Assembly (NCBI GenBank): GCA_973851085.1
Contig: OZ316775.1
Coordinates: forward strand, 992,001-1,056,000
Length of the DNA: 64,000 nucleotides
Origin: Ptychomitrium polyphyllum
Taxonomy: Eukaryota
Direction: 5' to 3'
A program made the position numbers and the translations under genes. Below are positions 39,871 to 55,086 of the stretch, piece after piece (position 1 is the stretch's first letter; each line of letters starts with the position of its first letter). The notes beneath the pieces are model-generated. The model did not search any database. It saw only the letters and a program-made list of their open reading frames with translations, and was not told where the DNA came from.

Positions 39871-40176
39871 AGTAGATGAGTAGATGAGTAGATGAGTAGA
39901 TGAGTAGATGAGTAGATGAGTAGATGAGTAGATGAGTAGATGAGTAGATGAGTAGATGAGTAGATGAGTAGATGAGTAGATGAGTAGATGAGTAGATGAG
40001 TAGATGAGTAGATGAGTAGATGAGTAGATGAGTAGATGAGTAGATGAGTAGATGAGTAGATGAGTAGATGAGTAGATGAGTAGATGAGTAGATGAGTAGA
40101 TGAGTAGATGAGTAGATGAGTAGATGAGTAGATGAGTAGATGAGTAGATGAGTAGAGGAGTAGAGGAGTAGATGAG
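39871..40176. repeat. 8-bp tandem repeat (AGTAGATG)n, ~35 perfect copies plus a few variants
   Basis: Read directly; AGTAGAGG variants at the right end. Confidence 0.98.
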
Positions 40177-43100
40177 GTGATGAAGTGATGGTATTGGGAA
40201 GAAAAGCAAATTTATATAAGTTTGGGATAAATATATAATGGGTACAAATTTGGTGGTTATTAAATGGGATTCAAGTAATTGTGCATTTGTTAAATGGTGG
40301 TTATTAGTCATTTAGATAGTTAATGGACTAATTTGTTGGTGAATTTTGGCCTTTTATAGAAGTATCTTTTAAAAATTTATAACTAATTCAAATTTTTTTG
40401 TAAAAAACATGTTCTTAATTGTATTAGAATTCAAAACCTTATTTTTCATGTATTTAAAATTCTTGACGATTTATATAATATTTGTGAAAGGAAGCATTTT
40501 TTATTGTAGTGGTAATGTGTTGTTCCACCTTTAATGTGGATAAAATAAGAATGAGTTATTTGTAAATTGGTTTATAAATGGTTGATCTATCAATCAATGA
40601 TGAATTAATATAATTGGTTTTGAAATGGAAGAAAGGACCTCCCAATACAATTTTCAATATTCTTTTTATTTGTATGCAAAATAATAATTGTGGAAAGTAA
40701 ATATTCACTTAGAAAGTATCATCAATTTAATATACATGAGTTATTTTCTATGATAATCTATAGAATTTTGTTCAAATTTTGAAAAAAGTTTTAGAAACTA
40801 GAAAGTTTCAACAAAGTAGAGGAGGTTTAAATTTACCTTTTAAAGAAATTTTCTAAAATCTATGCTTTTCTTGGGTTATAAGTATTAAATGATTGTTGTA
40901 CAACAAATAATATATAATGTTAAAAAAAATTAATATCAATTTTGAAACATTTTTGAGGATGATGAAAAATAGTATTATATTGTTCATATGGAAACTCACC
41001 ATTTGTCATTGTCATTCTTAGTTGATACATAAAAATAAATTATACCTATCTTACTATCATTGTTGAGATATGGTGTCAACATCATTATATCACACTTTCG
41101 TTGTAGTTATAGATTCCAAGAAGGTCGCATCGATTTTCCATGACAAGCTGTTTATACTGCTTCTACTTTAGAAATTCATCTGTGTTCAAAGGACTGGAGG
41201 GCGTGACATGACATGGATACTGTGCCGAACAATGTTTGCAACGAGCATGCAAAGCTACAGCACTCCATCTACGTCCATCCCTTTATTCACACCAATACCT
41301 CATCCCCATGTGCCTGGAATATGAATGTTCAAAAACCTTCAGGAGTGGACTCACATAATTTTGGTAGAGTTGGAGTCTTAAGAACTTTATGAAGACACAA
41401 GCCTCATCAGGTACAGTGAACCTATACTTGCTAAAAATGCTGGCCTAACATGTGCAGTTCGACATGATTGTTTGTAGTCCAGAGCTACAGGTCAGGATTA
41501 TGTATTAAAACTTATGATGCAATGTACGGACATTAGACTTATTTGTAAACGCAGCCATTTCTCAATCAAACTAGTTATTTCATCTCTTTTTTCATTTCAT
41601 TTGTGTTCATGATGGTACGCATATTTCAAAATTGTTTTGTTTTGTCCAATTGATTGACAATCTGTCACACATATTTCAGTGCATGTTTCTTGTATCACTC
41701 ATCCCCTTTACGAAGTGAACAGGATGAGTTTACAAATAACTCTAATGTGTGCAAAGCATTGAAGATGTTGCTGTTACAATGATAGGGAATTTATGGAGTA
41801 ACATATGGGAGAGAGCATATTTCTGCATGACAAATGTGGCTCAATGATAGACGTAATTTGGCCTTTCTATCCAACTTACCTCGTCAATGTTACAACGTGA
41901 AGGCAGTTTGTCACTCTGCATTTTACTCCATAATATAAACCTCCACATAATTTGGTCATCTAGCAATATTTGGCACCAGCTTCAGTATACTTTCGCACTC
42001 TTTACTTATTCTCTTTTCAACTGAGGCGCAAGATCACTGATGACTAATCTACATCTGAATAATGTTACACTTGATTCAATTATTACGGTGGATTCATAAA
42101 TTGTGCTATTCTAAGTTAATCTTAAGGTTTGTGAACTTATAAGCTTTTTCACAGGTGCCACCTTGCAGCATTTTCACCATCGTATAAGATGCGGATGGAG
42201 AATGAATACACAACAATGCATGCTACACTTGTCAATAGCTGAAACCTGCATCGTTTAAAATTTCAAATCCAGAGAGAGCGTTTGAAAGACTTATGTTGAA
42301 TCTACAAGTTAAAGTTTCGTTAGATAGAGTGCCTCCAGTTAGCACCTTCACTAAATTCAAGCTCAATTTCACCCCGGTACTAGGCACTTCTGCTTTCAGC
42401 ACCACAATGCAATTTGCGACCAGCATTCATAATGGAGACTAGAAACTTACAGGCATCTTAGTATATTATCTGGAAACAAAAGCATTGGAAAGCGAGGAGG
42501 ACTTGCCAATGAATAATCCATTGCATCCGATGATTATCTTGGAGTCGGTGATGGTCATTGGCTGAAAGAAAATTTTAGCTGGCCTGATTGAGCTTTTGAC
42601 CTTTAACTTGGCCAACACCTGAATGTAGAGGAATTGTGCATGGTGCTTCGCTTCTTGTATTTTTCTTTGCCATATTTGTTAAATCGACCAGTCCCTATTG
42701 TTTTCACAATGTTAGGCTCCGACAATCACACTATGCTAATTCACATTGTGTTTAGCAAACAAAACAACAAGGACTGCTCTATTTACCAGATATGGCGTTT
42801 GTCGTAAAGGCCCTTACCAGGAGTTGACCGCTTACGGAATCCCAACCACTAGGCTCCCAACTTTCAAGGTTGTTTGTCGGTTAGCTGATTTGTTCAAAAC
42901 GGGCCGTTGACTCGTCGAATTGGCATGTGAGATTTCAATTATCTGAATTTATAGTACTATTGAATTTAATGCTAGCACATGGAGATACAGTGTAATATAA
43001 TACTATACTACTTGTAATCGTTAGGAGAAATTTTCCTCATTGGTTGTCGGTCACCTAATGAATTGATACTACATCCCCGTAAAACCTTAGAAGACTCAGG

Positions 43101-44092
43101 TATAGAAAACTGTACATGATCCATAAGAGGTTTATCCAAGAACCCAGCCACTTTTTCTTTCTAATATAAGAAGATTTTCCAGAATGCTACTGTTGTAGAG
43201 AATGTGAAGAGTTTACCTCCAATGAAGTAGTCATGTACCTAGGCAATCTGCGAAGTTGGCGATCCTTCGAATAACACTAGAACAAAGGTGCCGGCATTGG
43301 ACACGTGCTGGGAGCTGCCAAAGTTTGTTGGTGGAACAGCTTTATCCCATCGTAACAAGTACCCCAGATTATCATTCAAACCTGCTTGTGGTACTGCCAG
43401 AGCCTCTTAGCAGACTATAGCAGGATTGCAAAGACCCCGATTGGTTTGACGTATGTCCAGAAGTTGCAGTTACTATATCATGAAGTTGCCATTCAGTTTC
43501 TGAATCGCACCTGTAACCTTAATGTGAAAGAACATCAAACTTGTGTAGATTCATGCTTTTACATAATTTTAGTGTACAAAACAATATTCACTTGTAGCTT
43601 GTCCTCAGGCCACGATGTTGGGATTCATACTCTTGCTCAAGCTGCAACATCAAAGTGGATACGAGAGAACTATATAGTACCGTACACATTGGAGTATCAG
43701 AGCCAGTGAAGGGCTAGATTTTATTAATGAAGCTGTAGCAGAATTCGATCTACAGTTGATGGATTCCAGGCAGTTTGTCATGTAAAGACATGGCAGCTTC
43801 GCAATGTTATGCTACATTATGTTGTACATAAGTATACATGATGGACTCCGGATTATCCTTCAGACCTGTACCAGTGACAAAGGCCTGGTCTTATTGCTCT
43901 TAAACACAACGATAAAATGAACTCCAACAATTGAAGACGTTGATTATCTTAGCCCAAGATAGTTACCACACCAAAGAGACGTGCATCACCTATAGGCTGG
44001 CTATGACGTCTTTGGAACACACACTCTCCTTCGATCGATCGGAAGTACCATTTTCGTGGCAAACTAAGCACAGTTTTGATTCACAGGAAGTG

Positions 44093-45985
44093 TTAACCTG
44101 ATGGAACCCAGCTGCTACCATCTATGAAACTGATAGATGAAAGTGCAGTAGCTTGCGAGGATGTGAGCTCGTGGGACCAGCCAACTCTTTTGCTCTCATC
44201 AGCACCTGCACCAGTGCATTTGTATTGCCCATAGAAGACCGTCCTGGAATTTTTTAATTCAAGGGTCAGAGTCAAAAACCATCATGTTCTGAGCATACAA
44301 ATCCAAGTGGTGGAAATTTTGAGGATCATAAAAAAAGGCTTACTTTTCTCTGCTGCTGTCTCCCCAGTTAAACCAGCCTTCAGGTCTGATGATGTTGGCG
44401 ATGTTACAATAGATAAAGACGGTTCTGGAGTTTGGGCCCCAAGCACGACCTAAGTAAATGGGTCCAGTTCCTGTAATTGAGCAACCGACAAAGGAGAAGC
44501 CTGTGGCAGTGTTGCCAGTTCTCTTCTGGGCAGTTAATGACCCGCTTCCGGGCTTGGCGATGGAGTTCAGCTGACAGCTCTGCAGCAATTACAGAAGATG
44601 GAATGTTCAATTCTCATACTTGAAAATATGCAGGTAGAGCGGTATGATGACATATATGTGGCAATTGAACTCAACTTCTCTTTAAACCCTGGATAAACTT
44701 CGGCAGAGAGGTACGAAAAGTGCGTTTTCTTCCATGCCCTTTGCATGCTTCTTAAAATTTAAGAGTGTTTGCAATCCTATGTGTGAAATGGGGTTATGGC
44801 GAACCTGGTAGAGCGATTGCCCATCTCCACAAATGAAATCAATACTGCCTGATACATCCCACAACCATCATTCTTAAATGCACCACAACTTGGCTGAGAA
44901 ATTTTATTAGCTGGTTGAAAATATTCCAAGGAAGCAATGAATCTCAGGATTCCTTTCTACCTTCGATGTAGCAGTTTTTAAAGTAGTGACGACCCTTCTG
45001 GTCGTAGAGCGTGTCTTGCGCTCCATAGAATTTGCAGTTAAAGAAAGCTCCCTTGTCACCCGAGATTAGCAGCGCCACTGCTTGTTTATTTACAGCTCCT
45101 CCAGCAGGAGCAGGCGCAGAGTTCTGCGCATGCATGTACGTAAACAGTTGAATGCAGGATGGTGCTATGGCTTAAAAATTATTCGAAGAAGGGAAGGTTG
45201 TATGGGGAAGGTATATCGGTCTAAGTCAAGACAGCTAGACTTGTTTTCCATACCTTGAAAATACAACCTTTTGCAATGAAATTGTCTGCAAGAATCGACA
45301 CTGAAGCACTTTTTGAAGTACTTCCCGCAGAACCGGCGGTGTCACCATAAACTAGCACCGGATATCCAATACAATCGAAAGTGACGGTCTTGCCGTGCGG
45401 CACTTTCACCTTCCCCCTGTAAACCAAAAGCCCTCCATGCCGATCAGCACCACCAATCAGACAAACAACATATTTATGAGCTAGTTTTCCAGGACCTAAT
45501 GTATGGCAATATTCACAACAAATCAGAAAGTCATGTCGAAGCTCTACCACCGACAACTAGTGATTACCAGATCAATTTATCTCCGATCTGCAAGGAATGA
45601 TTGAACATGCAGAGGTTTCCTGCTAAAAAACGATGGTGCAGACGCCTTACTTCCAGGTTCCAGAGCTGATCTGGATGATGCACCGATTGCCACCTAAAGG
45701 ACAAGCATCCACAGCTGCCTGAACTGACTTGTAACCTCCATTGCCAACGTAGAGGGTGTTGCCACTCGCAGCCAGTGAGGTGGCGTTCATCGTCTGATGC
45801 ACAGATTCAGCTCTCCCTGCCAAAACCGCAGTGTGGTACTGCTGCTCTATGCTCCTCACCCATTGATAAAAATCTTGCTGCGTTGCATCACGGTTGGCAG
45901 CCTTAATGTCAACTGCTGCCTCGACTCCATAGCAGACGCAATGTAAGAAAAAAGCTAACCAGAAGCTGACTGCTCGGGAAGCCAT
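44093..45985 (-). CDS. PME: Pectin methylesterase without a PMEI pro-domain; exons 45985-45651, 45416-45254, 45123-44961, 44848-44805, 44579-44344, 44243-44093
   Basis: Signal peptide, [38 protein letters not shown] and YKCTGAGA motifs; introns in phase. Confidence 0.95.
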
Positions 45986-48900
45986 GTTACATGCCATAAG
46001 AATGCAACCAACCGTATGCAAATGATTCGAACAGCTGCTTGGGTTGTTTGAGTTGGGTTCGCAGCCAAGTTAGACTATGTACTCTGACCAGTGTCACTTG
46101 GAAGTACGGAGTGCTCTAGTGGGTCCCATTGTCTGCGGGTTGCTTGCTGCTCAACACAAGCATAATCAGTGCTGTTGACTGCGTGAAGGAGTTGTCTTTA
46201 TCATAATAGAGTCTTATCCAAGTCGACCTAGCGGTGGACAAAACTTCAGAAGTTACCCCATTCAACCCCAATTTGTGTCAAATATATTCCGGTGAATTCT
46301 AAATGCGTGGCCACCGCGTCTCTCGTGTAGGACGATGTGCTTTCATATGCACATCCCACTGATACCAGAATTCAATGATGTTCGCTATCTTCTAATTTTA
46401 TCGGCCGGAGGTTCAAAAGTTTCGTTACTTAATAATATTTGTCAAGTGACCAAGTGCCTATCTCACTGGAATGTATCCTTGTCAACTCACGAGGTGAATC
46501 TTTAGTACAGAGTCTACATACAAGCCCTCGTACTATCTGGAAAAAGGTGTTTCTGAAATTTTTATGTTCACATCATAATCTTCTGGAGACGTTCGGGTGT
46601 GAGGTGGAAAGTGGGCCGCAACACCCAGCTGGTTGCAAATCGCTTGACTAATTGCTCTCTGGTTGGGTGAAGCTTCGAATTTTAACTTAGAAATTGTACT
46701 TGCAAAAATAAAAAATCACGCTAGTTATTTAGCGTGCTAGAGAGGCAGGCTTGCACGTTGGCATACGTTCGATGTGAAGCAAAGAGTTGTATCATCTCAC
46801 AGCTATATATGTACATGACTAATACTAATAAAAAAATTGACTGTCTTGGCTGCCAGCTGAGAGGACACTGGAAAGATCAATCTTTTTGTAGTACATGTAT
46901 GTTTAGTGCTTGGGAATGCTGATGATCCCTGGAAGCATGCACTGCACAGGAAGTCTTTATGATGGTGTCTGCAGGACGATGTTTGCTTTAGCTGTGCATG
47001 TGAACACTTTCGTTGGAGGTTAGCTGTCCTGCCAAGTGGAGATCATTATCATGCACATATGCGTGCATCTGTTCAACTTCTAATTTGCAAGAGATGCTCT
47101 GTCAGGCTTCGTTTCCATGAAGCTCCAAGGATAAAAAGAGACGAACAATCCAAATCAAATAGTCCAAGAGGTCAACTCATGTGCAAGGCGAAAGTTTAGA
47201 CCTTGTCAAACACAATTTTAAGTCATGCAGACTTGCATTACTCAAGCGTCGCCTTGCGGCATTTTGGAGATGTCTAGAAACAGTACTTTTCATTGCCAAT
47301 TTGGTGACACTTTTACCACATCAATGAGCTCAAAAAGTTGAAGTATTGATGTTGTTTGTAAATCAGCCTATAAATTTTGAAGAAGAAGACTTGCTGTTTA
47401 TCCGTTGAGTAAGCATCTAACCCGTATCTAAGCATTCCCAACCTTCTGCAAAGAATAAAGTTTAATGCAGGGGCAGTAGTGATTGAGGGAAGTTACATAC
47501 TAGGGTAACACCTAAATGTGTCTTTTGCATGTACGTCTTTTTTCCTAGAGAATGCCGTTTACTGGCTGCTTTAATAATTAAATAACTGACGAGTAACCAT
47601 TAATATTTTATTGTTCAGCAACTTGGTGAGGGCTGCTGCTGTGTGAAGATTGTACAAAGTTGCCATTTTTCCCGAAGAAGTAACCTTCAAGGAACATATT
47701 GACGGTATACAGTTCCCAGAGTGGCATGTTCAGATCAAATCCGAAAGTCGTCAAGCCCGGAGTCGTGTGAGGACCATGTGTGGATTTGCCTGTTGGTTGT
47801 AGGACAGTCTTTGCTATGCTGCAGTAGCTGTAGAGTCAGAGGTGGAACAACCACATGTGAAAATGAGTCAGCAGCACATTATAAGTGACCTTCCAGATGA
47901 TGATTTATTCTACTTGTCCTTTATGTTTTACTCTATCCTACGCAATGAAAGTTTTTCATTATGCTGAAAAAATGAAGCTGTTACTGTACCTTCTCGAGTC
48001 TTCCCTCTCAGAAAGCACTGCCATTTACTCCATACAACTTGGCATCTCCAAGTTGGAAGCGTTTTCGTTGTCATCAAGTCGCACCAGAAATACAAAGATA
48101 GGTACAGTGTGCTGATGAATTGATGGATCTCTTCCAATATGTCTAACTACATGTCTACTAAGATTGACTTAAACAGGGGTAGGACATAATTTATTTTATT
48201 TGGCTAGCAAGTTTACTTTGGGAAGGTCAATGATGTACTCACTTGCACGCACAGAGAATTGTAGGGATGCACTGAGTTATACCAAGACATGGCTAAATTA
48301 TCATCCAGAGCTGTTTTAAGATCAAATATCAGCATGAATTGACTGAGCAATTAGCAATTGACGATGTTTTGCGCATCTCTCAGAAATTTTCTCACCCTTA
48401 CACCTCTCTGGAGCCGAAGGATGATCACCGTTCCAAAGCTAGTTTTGGAGGATCTCAACACTCTATGCAGTATTGCAAACAAGGACAGGTTCAAGCCTTG
48501 GGATTGTGCATCCTGGCCTGAATTAAAGCTCTTCTAAGCGACTAAGTTCCCCTTCCAGATATTTTCAGACAATTCAAGATTAACTACTATAATTGTATAT
48601 AGGGTATAAAGATCACAAATAATCATGCGCGGGTTCGAAACACTCTGCATCTCGGTCACATAAAACTTATCAAGCCTCCATGCCCACTGAAATGCATGGC
48701 TGTTTTCAACTGATTTTCAATTAATTTACACTCACAAGGTACTCTCTTGAATATACACTGCACATCATAAGATGGGAGTGGAAAAACACTGCTCTGCTAC
48801 AGGTGGTGCCATATTTTGGAAGTCGAGAACTGTTCACGTTTTAGATCCATTTCGTAGTCCAACTTCAGGGCGCCGCTTTACCGCTTTAACGCGTGGTATC

Positions 48901-51900
48901 AAGCAGGTGGATGCTTCTGCTTTTTTCTCTTGGGCACTCGCACAGTCCAATTCTAATCATTGAGAGGATGAGGGCCCACATATCATTGACTTGCAGGTGG
49001 TATGTGAAGGAGTACTTTCTGACAGAAGTTACCTGCAAGGATCTACCTGAGGCTTGCTGCACTGGTGTAAACTAACTTGCTTTGCGACCGATTCTGTGAG
49101 GCTACCGTCACACTCAACGCCAGGAATGGCCTTCTTGTTGTTGATGTTAGGCGTGTTGACAGGCTCTGCACACGGGGGTCGCCCTACAAACTTTTCATTG
49201 CCGGAATTTGACCTGATCCTGGAAGTCGAGTCCTAACTGTTTAGGTCTTATCTGCTGCATTGTAAATGCTTACTGACGAGTCATGAGTGCATCGACTGCT
49301 GGAGGAGATTCAGCAAATTTGAGTGTCCTTACGCTTGAGCAGCTTGCTGACGAAGAATTATTAACAATCTTGCATGACTCTTGAGTATGGCTCGAATAAA
49401 ACCTCCGAAGACTATTGCTCTGTTCAGCATCGTATCAGAATATACGACAACGGCATATCTCGAGCAATTATTTTTTCGATGCACTTTTCTGTTCTTGGTT
49501 GATTTTATTAGTAACCCTCCTGCATTTGTTTTGTGACGTGATTGAAAATAACAAACTATATGTCTTCCGGCTACTAAACTAGAGGTTGTAAAAACGACGA
49601 TTCACAACTATGAGGAATCAGATGTCACGGTAGGGTCCAAATTCTCAACAACAACAGATTGTAAACTCTTCTTAAAACCTGCATCCACATTTAACAAGCT
49701 TCAGCTGGATAGCGATTTTAAGATCGTGATGAAAGTGGTGAAGTGAAAGATTTGTCTATCCTTGCAAGCAAAGTATCACATGGTGGCGCCAGAAGACTCT
49801 GCAGCTCTAGCTGCGAGCAAGATTTTCAATTGATTTCTCAAAAGCTTGTGATAACCTAAAGAGGGCGAGGACCAGCATCAGCCCTTATAATTGTTTTCTG
49901 AAGAAAATCCTGATGCTTGTGATTGGTCATCTCAGAAATCAGGCCTAAATTTGCAACCCAGGAAGTTAAACAGGTAAGTCAATATTTACATACACGTCTC
50001 TGTAATATGCACATTTCTCTATCCAGAAAACCGTGGTAATCAATCGTTTCAAACAAATACTTTTAGTACAACGGCTTCGAATATTTAGATAAATTTCATG
50101 CTCCTGTTGCTCAAAAGAATCTGTTGAAGCGTCATATTGATGAATACCAAATATGAGAAATGTTACAACCTTATCATAGGCTGGTAGCTACAGTCAATCA
50201 ATATTTTCTGGATGCATTCAGATTGTAGAGTTGTGCTCACATCACTACATGAAGCTTGTAATCTCTATACTGATCAAAATTTCGTTGAAACATTGACTCA
50301 GCAGTGAGTCAAGTCTATTCCAGTTCAGATAGCAGCTGTTTGTCCTGTCAAATTGGACATTTGCCTGCTCTTAATCGGCTGTTACAATCAATGTGTGAAT
50401 TGCAATGCCAAGAGCTCTTACAAGTGCCTCATATCTCAAAAGAATTGGCTTGCTCAATTCATAGGGTTCGATCAAGTGGAGCTTCTAATATTCAGTAGGA
50501 GATGGTTCTTTGAAGAGCCTGAGAAGCATGTTCAGTGTTCTATTCAACAAGCAAAGCTCTGTCTTGCTTTGGTCGACAATCGAAAACCCATCGTCCGACA
50601 CATTCGATAATTGTACAGTAGTTTAACACATTCAATCTTGAAGATATTCTTAACGACATGATTAAGCACGATTTAAAGATATTGTTTAAGGATTTTGTTC
50701 CTTAACCTGCCCTTGGAATTAAAGCCAGCATTATTTGCCTGTTGCATTTGGATCTGGTGAAAACCTGTGAATGATGGAAAATATGGATTGAGCGAGTTGA
50801 GAAATACGAGTAGCTTTCAGATCGCTTTATAAGAATCAGGTGCCTGGCACATAAGGCTCCAATTTGATTTACATGCACTTGGAAAGGCAAACACATTGTC
50901 ACAACCCAGCTACGTGCAGGCTTGAAACGGAAGGGAACCGTTCGAAAGGCAGTGGGACATACATCGCAATTGTCACTTCAGATGCTCAGGTATGCACATG
51001 TAATTGAAAGCTTCGGAGTTAATCTGCTGCGTGAAGCGGACTAAGAAAATCCTTAAAACTGTTCGGTACATGAGAGCTTTTACGTAAAGATAGTCACAAG
51101 AGTCACTCTTCTTGAAAGTAAATCTGATCCTGGACATGTGAACAGTTTAAGTTCTGCAAAATTCATGATCTTTGTGATCCAGAGAACCGCAGGGCTCGTA
51201 GGAGAGAAAAATCTACAACATAAATCTCCAGTGGAATCACAAGTGAAAGGGACTACCTCAAGCGTTAGAGATGCACAGTATTCTACAAAGATGCTCCTAT
51301 AATCTTGTGACTGTTGATTTGAGAGTATAGCTCTTTCTCTACAACAGAGAACCCTCCTTGCAAAGAGACCATCCATCAACCTCCAACAGTAAATGCTACA
51401 CTATATTTAAGCATACATCAGGTGATATGATCTGCACCAATGTCCATAGTGCTATCCAAACCTGACCACCTTGCTTCATTTTAGTCTCCTGCTGAAACAG
51501 TGAGCTACGTTCATGATAGTACCCGAATTAGCTCCCTTCTATAGTCTCACCACATCAAAAGGATGGTTGAGAGAAAACATAGCGCTGGCGCTGAATAGGA
51601 AGCCTCCATATGGCACATGAAACAGGAGCAGGAAACGAGGCTAGAGCAAAGCTGACCTCCATATGAGGCGAGAAGCATGGGCTTTACTTCGGTGTTGTAG
51701 CTCCCAGGCTTCGGTCCCTACCTCGCTCACCTACACCATTTGGACGGAGGAGCATGCTCCTCTGTTGCCATAGGATAATGGGAAGAAGCAACTGCGCTCA
51801 AGTTTCGAGCTCCATTGCCTTTTTCCTAAAACTTAAAACTGAAACCAAAAATATCCATCAAAAAGCCTCTTTTTAACTAGGTAGTACAAGCCTGCCTAGT

Positions 51901-53698
51901 GTCCAGCCTCTTCAGAAAACGTATACTTTGGTTTCTGGGGAGACAGTTTTTCTTTCTCATTTGTTGAATTGTTTCTTGTGTGTGGAACGAAATGGACACT
52001 TGGAAAAATTAATTGAAATGAATTATGTTATTTTATTGAACAACGTGGCATAATTCATTTTATATAATTGGCTGTTTTATGTGTAGAACATTTCTTTTTT
52101 CCTATTATGGATATTATGGATTTAGATACATACAGACTCTAACTAAAGACTTGTAGATTCTTATTTGTTGATAGGTTAGATTATGATCTCTATGGTAAGT
52201 TTTCTTCAAGGGTGTGTAGAAGAGTGAATATAGTCAAGAAAGTTGTCAACACATTGACAAAACAATTCCAAATTGCAAGAGCAATATACTCTCCACTTAT
52301 AAAACGTTATGGACACTAGAAACATAAAATTCAAATTTTGAGAAAAACTTTACATAATGCTTCCTTTGTGGGCCCAATTGCCCTAGTAAAGAAATTTGGT
52401 ACATCCTTATCTTTGGTTGTTTTACAATGATTTTCTATCTTTTTAAATGAAAGTTTCTCTTCGCCCAAAAAAATTAGGACAAAAATAACACGTGGATAAG
52501 AATTTGGCCCAAGTGCGAGAACGCTGAATGGGGCCTGCATTTCATGCCACATCGCAAGTCTGACAGTACTGGTGACACTGGAATACAAACCAGATAGTTT
52601 CTTTGACACTGCACCCTCTCCTTTTGCCACAGAGAAGGATCTTGTCATAAACCACTGCGGAGTAAAATTCATACACATTATATTTGCAGGTTCCAGTGGG
52701 AGGCCGAACTATATCACACTTTTCATTTGGCCTGGTACGATTGGTAGAAGAAAGTGTGTCTCCATAATCACACTTATAAAGCAGCTCCTGTACTAGGCTG
52801 GACACTCAAGGCCTCTTACACCTTCTCTTCTTGTCCATTGGAGAACTCATTTTTGCCACATTTAGAGAATTTCAGCAGAAAAGTTGATCAAATCTTTTTA
52901 GATCTTTTGTAGGGCTTCGACACCTTGTCTTGTCATTCAAAAGAGAACCAATCTGAAGATGGACAAGAGAATGATTTGGTCGCCTACATTGTAATAGATA
53001 TTGTGGGAAACTATTCTTTTATTAATTTTTTTGGAATTGTCCTTGGTTCACACATGATTATGGGGATAATATCTCTTTCCAAACATGAACTATTCTAAAC
53101 CAAGAGCTACAATTCTTATAATTTTATATTTGGTGGTACTAAAATTTGACTAAGTCTAGGATGTAATACTATTCTTTTTTACTATGTAACCTATTAAATA
53201 GATTCTTAGTTAATAGATGCAAATATCACTCAAAATGGTAAGATGCATTTTTTTACCAACAAGGCCTTATGTTTGTATCCAAAGGTATTGCTTCCATAAT
53301 CAACAAATAAGTATTTTGTTTCTACTTTCCATAATCCACCAATAATTCTTTTAATGGACAAAAAGATTTTTTTTGGTTCCATTCTACAAATCCTTCTTCT
53401 ATGTTTACTTTGAAAATTCTCCTAGTTCTCCTCTTTCTAAATGTTCTCATTTCATAGCATCATTTGCAAAAAATCAAGTGAATTATATATAAAAACTTTA
53501 ATTTGACTTCTTTATATTCATTCATTCCTTTGGAGTTGCAAATGCTTATCAAAAGTGATTGTAAGTCCAATTTTTATTATTGCAAACCATTTGATATAGG
53601 CTTCTATTTTGTACCTACCTTTTTGTATTCATATTAATCACATTGATCCTCTATAGTGATATATCTATAGTGCTACATAAGCTCTAAAGTGCAATATT

Positions 53699-54100
53699 TG
53701 TCATGGATATCCATCATATAATATAACTTTTATGAACCTTCTAATAGGTTCTAGTAGATTTTAATAACTTCCAATAGCTTCTTAAAATCTTTTTGTAGCT
53801 TTTAATAGTTTTTAATAACCTCCACATCTTTCCACCTTCTTTGAAAATTACTTAGGAAGGTTCTACAAACATCTAGAACATTCTATAAGTTTATCAAAAA
53901 AAAATTAGAAGTATCTCAAAAAACATAGGCTTTATGGTATAAATAAAAGAAAAATTGAAGCAAATCTTAATCTTGCCAAGACAAATTATAAAGCATCCAT
54001 AGTATTAATTTTATTTTTCATTCTTGCACCAATTTTTATTATTTAGTACTCATTAAAAGCTAAGTCTTGCTTAATTCCTTTGCATCTTGTATCCTTAATA
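53699..54100 (+). mobile_element. Old, decayed solo LTR of the same chromovirus family
   Basis: tgtcatggatat...cttaggaaggttc...tataaat...taatcttgccaa...tgtatccttaata colinear with the other LTRs; TSD poorly preserved. Confidence 0.75.
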
Positions 54101-55038
54101 ATAAAATCAACAACCTTGATTTCTTAAAAAAATTATTATTATTAATATCTTATTATATGGATCTTCATCCATGTCTAATTTATCATTACTTATATTAGAA
54201 TTTGATGCAAAACAATTATCATCTAATAAATTAAATAATTTATGCTTCTTCACATTTGATCTTGTTCCAAAACTATAGCCCTCTGAAATTAGCTAGTAGC
54301 AAAATTCATAAAGTGATTGATTTGTAATTTGAATATAATTGTAGGATGAAGTGTATGGATTTCAAAGCATTTCATATTTTCACATGACTTTGAAAACGGC
54401 AATGAATATTCTTGAAATGAACAAGAAAAGAATGTTGATTTGTTAATACTTTCCAATTTAATCAATAGTTGGTATACCATAGATTTACATTCATATCATT
54501 AAAAAACTAATATTCTAGTTTTATACATTATACTAAGAGACATGCTACTTTGATGATATCTTTTTGGCTTGGCAATGCATCAAACCTAGTATCCTTATAA
54601 TTACAATTGTAGCTCCAAAATTTTAATTTCTAAAATTCTATTTTTAGACTTAAGTAAAAAGAATACAATTTTAATTGGAGTCTACCTTATTCCTTTAAAA
54701 ACAACTTAATTCGGCTCAATTATTACATTGCAAAATATACATCAGAATAACATTCATTGCAACATATAATTATATAACACAAAGAGCAAAATTCAAAATT
54801 TTAATAGCATTGTAACAAAATTTAAATCATTTCTTTTGTTCTCAGATGCCTATAAATTCCAAGGGTCATGGTAATCAGTTCCCACTAAACTTGTTGAAAC
54901 ATTGTAGATGTAGAACACAAAAAATATAATATTTTGATTTTGGGTGTTCTACATCTTCTTTCAAAAAGTTTTTTTGGGGACACCCCGCCAGTGGTGAAGA
55001 AGCACGGTGACGTGTCCTGCATGGCTTTGCCCCCGGGC

Positions 55039-55086
55039 TCAATAATCGTGTCAATAATCGTGTCAATAATCGTGTCAATAACCGTG
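55039..55086. repeat. 12-bp tandem repeat (TCAATAATCGTG) x4 upstream of the GH31 gene
   Basis: Three exact units and one with a single substitution. Confidence 0.9.

Noticed and set aside
39676..40311. 211-aa repetitive ORF (LLIYSSTH)n
   Set aside because: A translation artefact of the 8-bp satellite.
48627..48645. tRNA T-loop-like GGTTCGAA
   Set aside because: No cloverleaf, A-box or acceptor stem around it.
49271..49388. Possible miRNA-like hairpin (gagtcatg/catgactc, tcagcaa/ttgctga)
   Set aside because: Pairing is discontinuous with large internal loops; no continuous 21-nt duplex.
51699..51756. miR319-like arms (agctcccaggcttcggtcc ... ttggacggaggagc)
   Set aside because: Several indels relative to miR319 and a hairpin far too short for that family.
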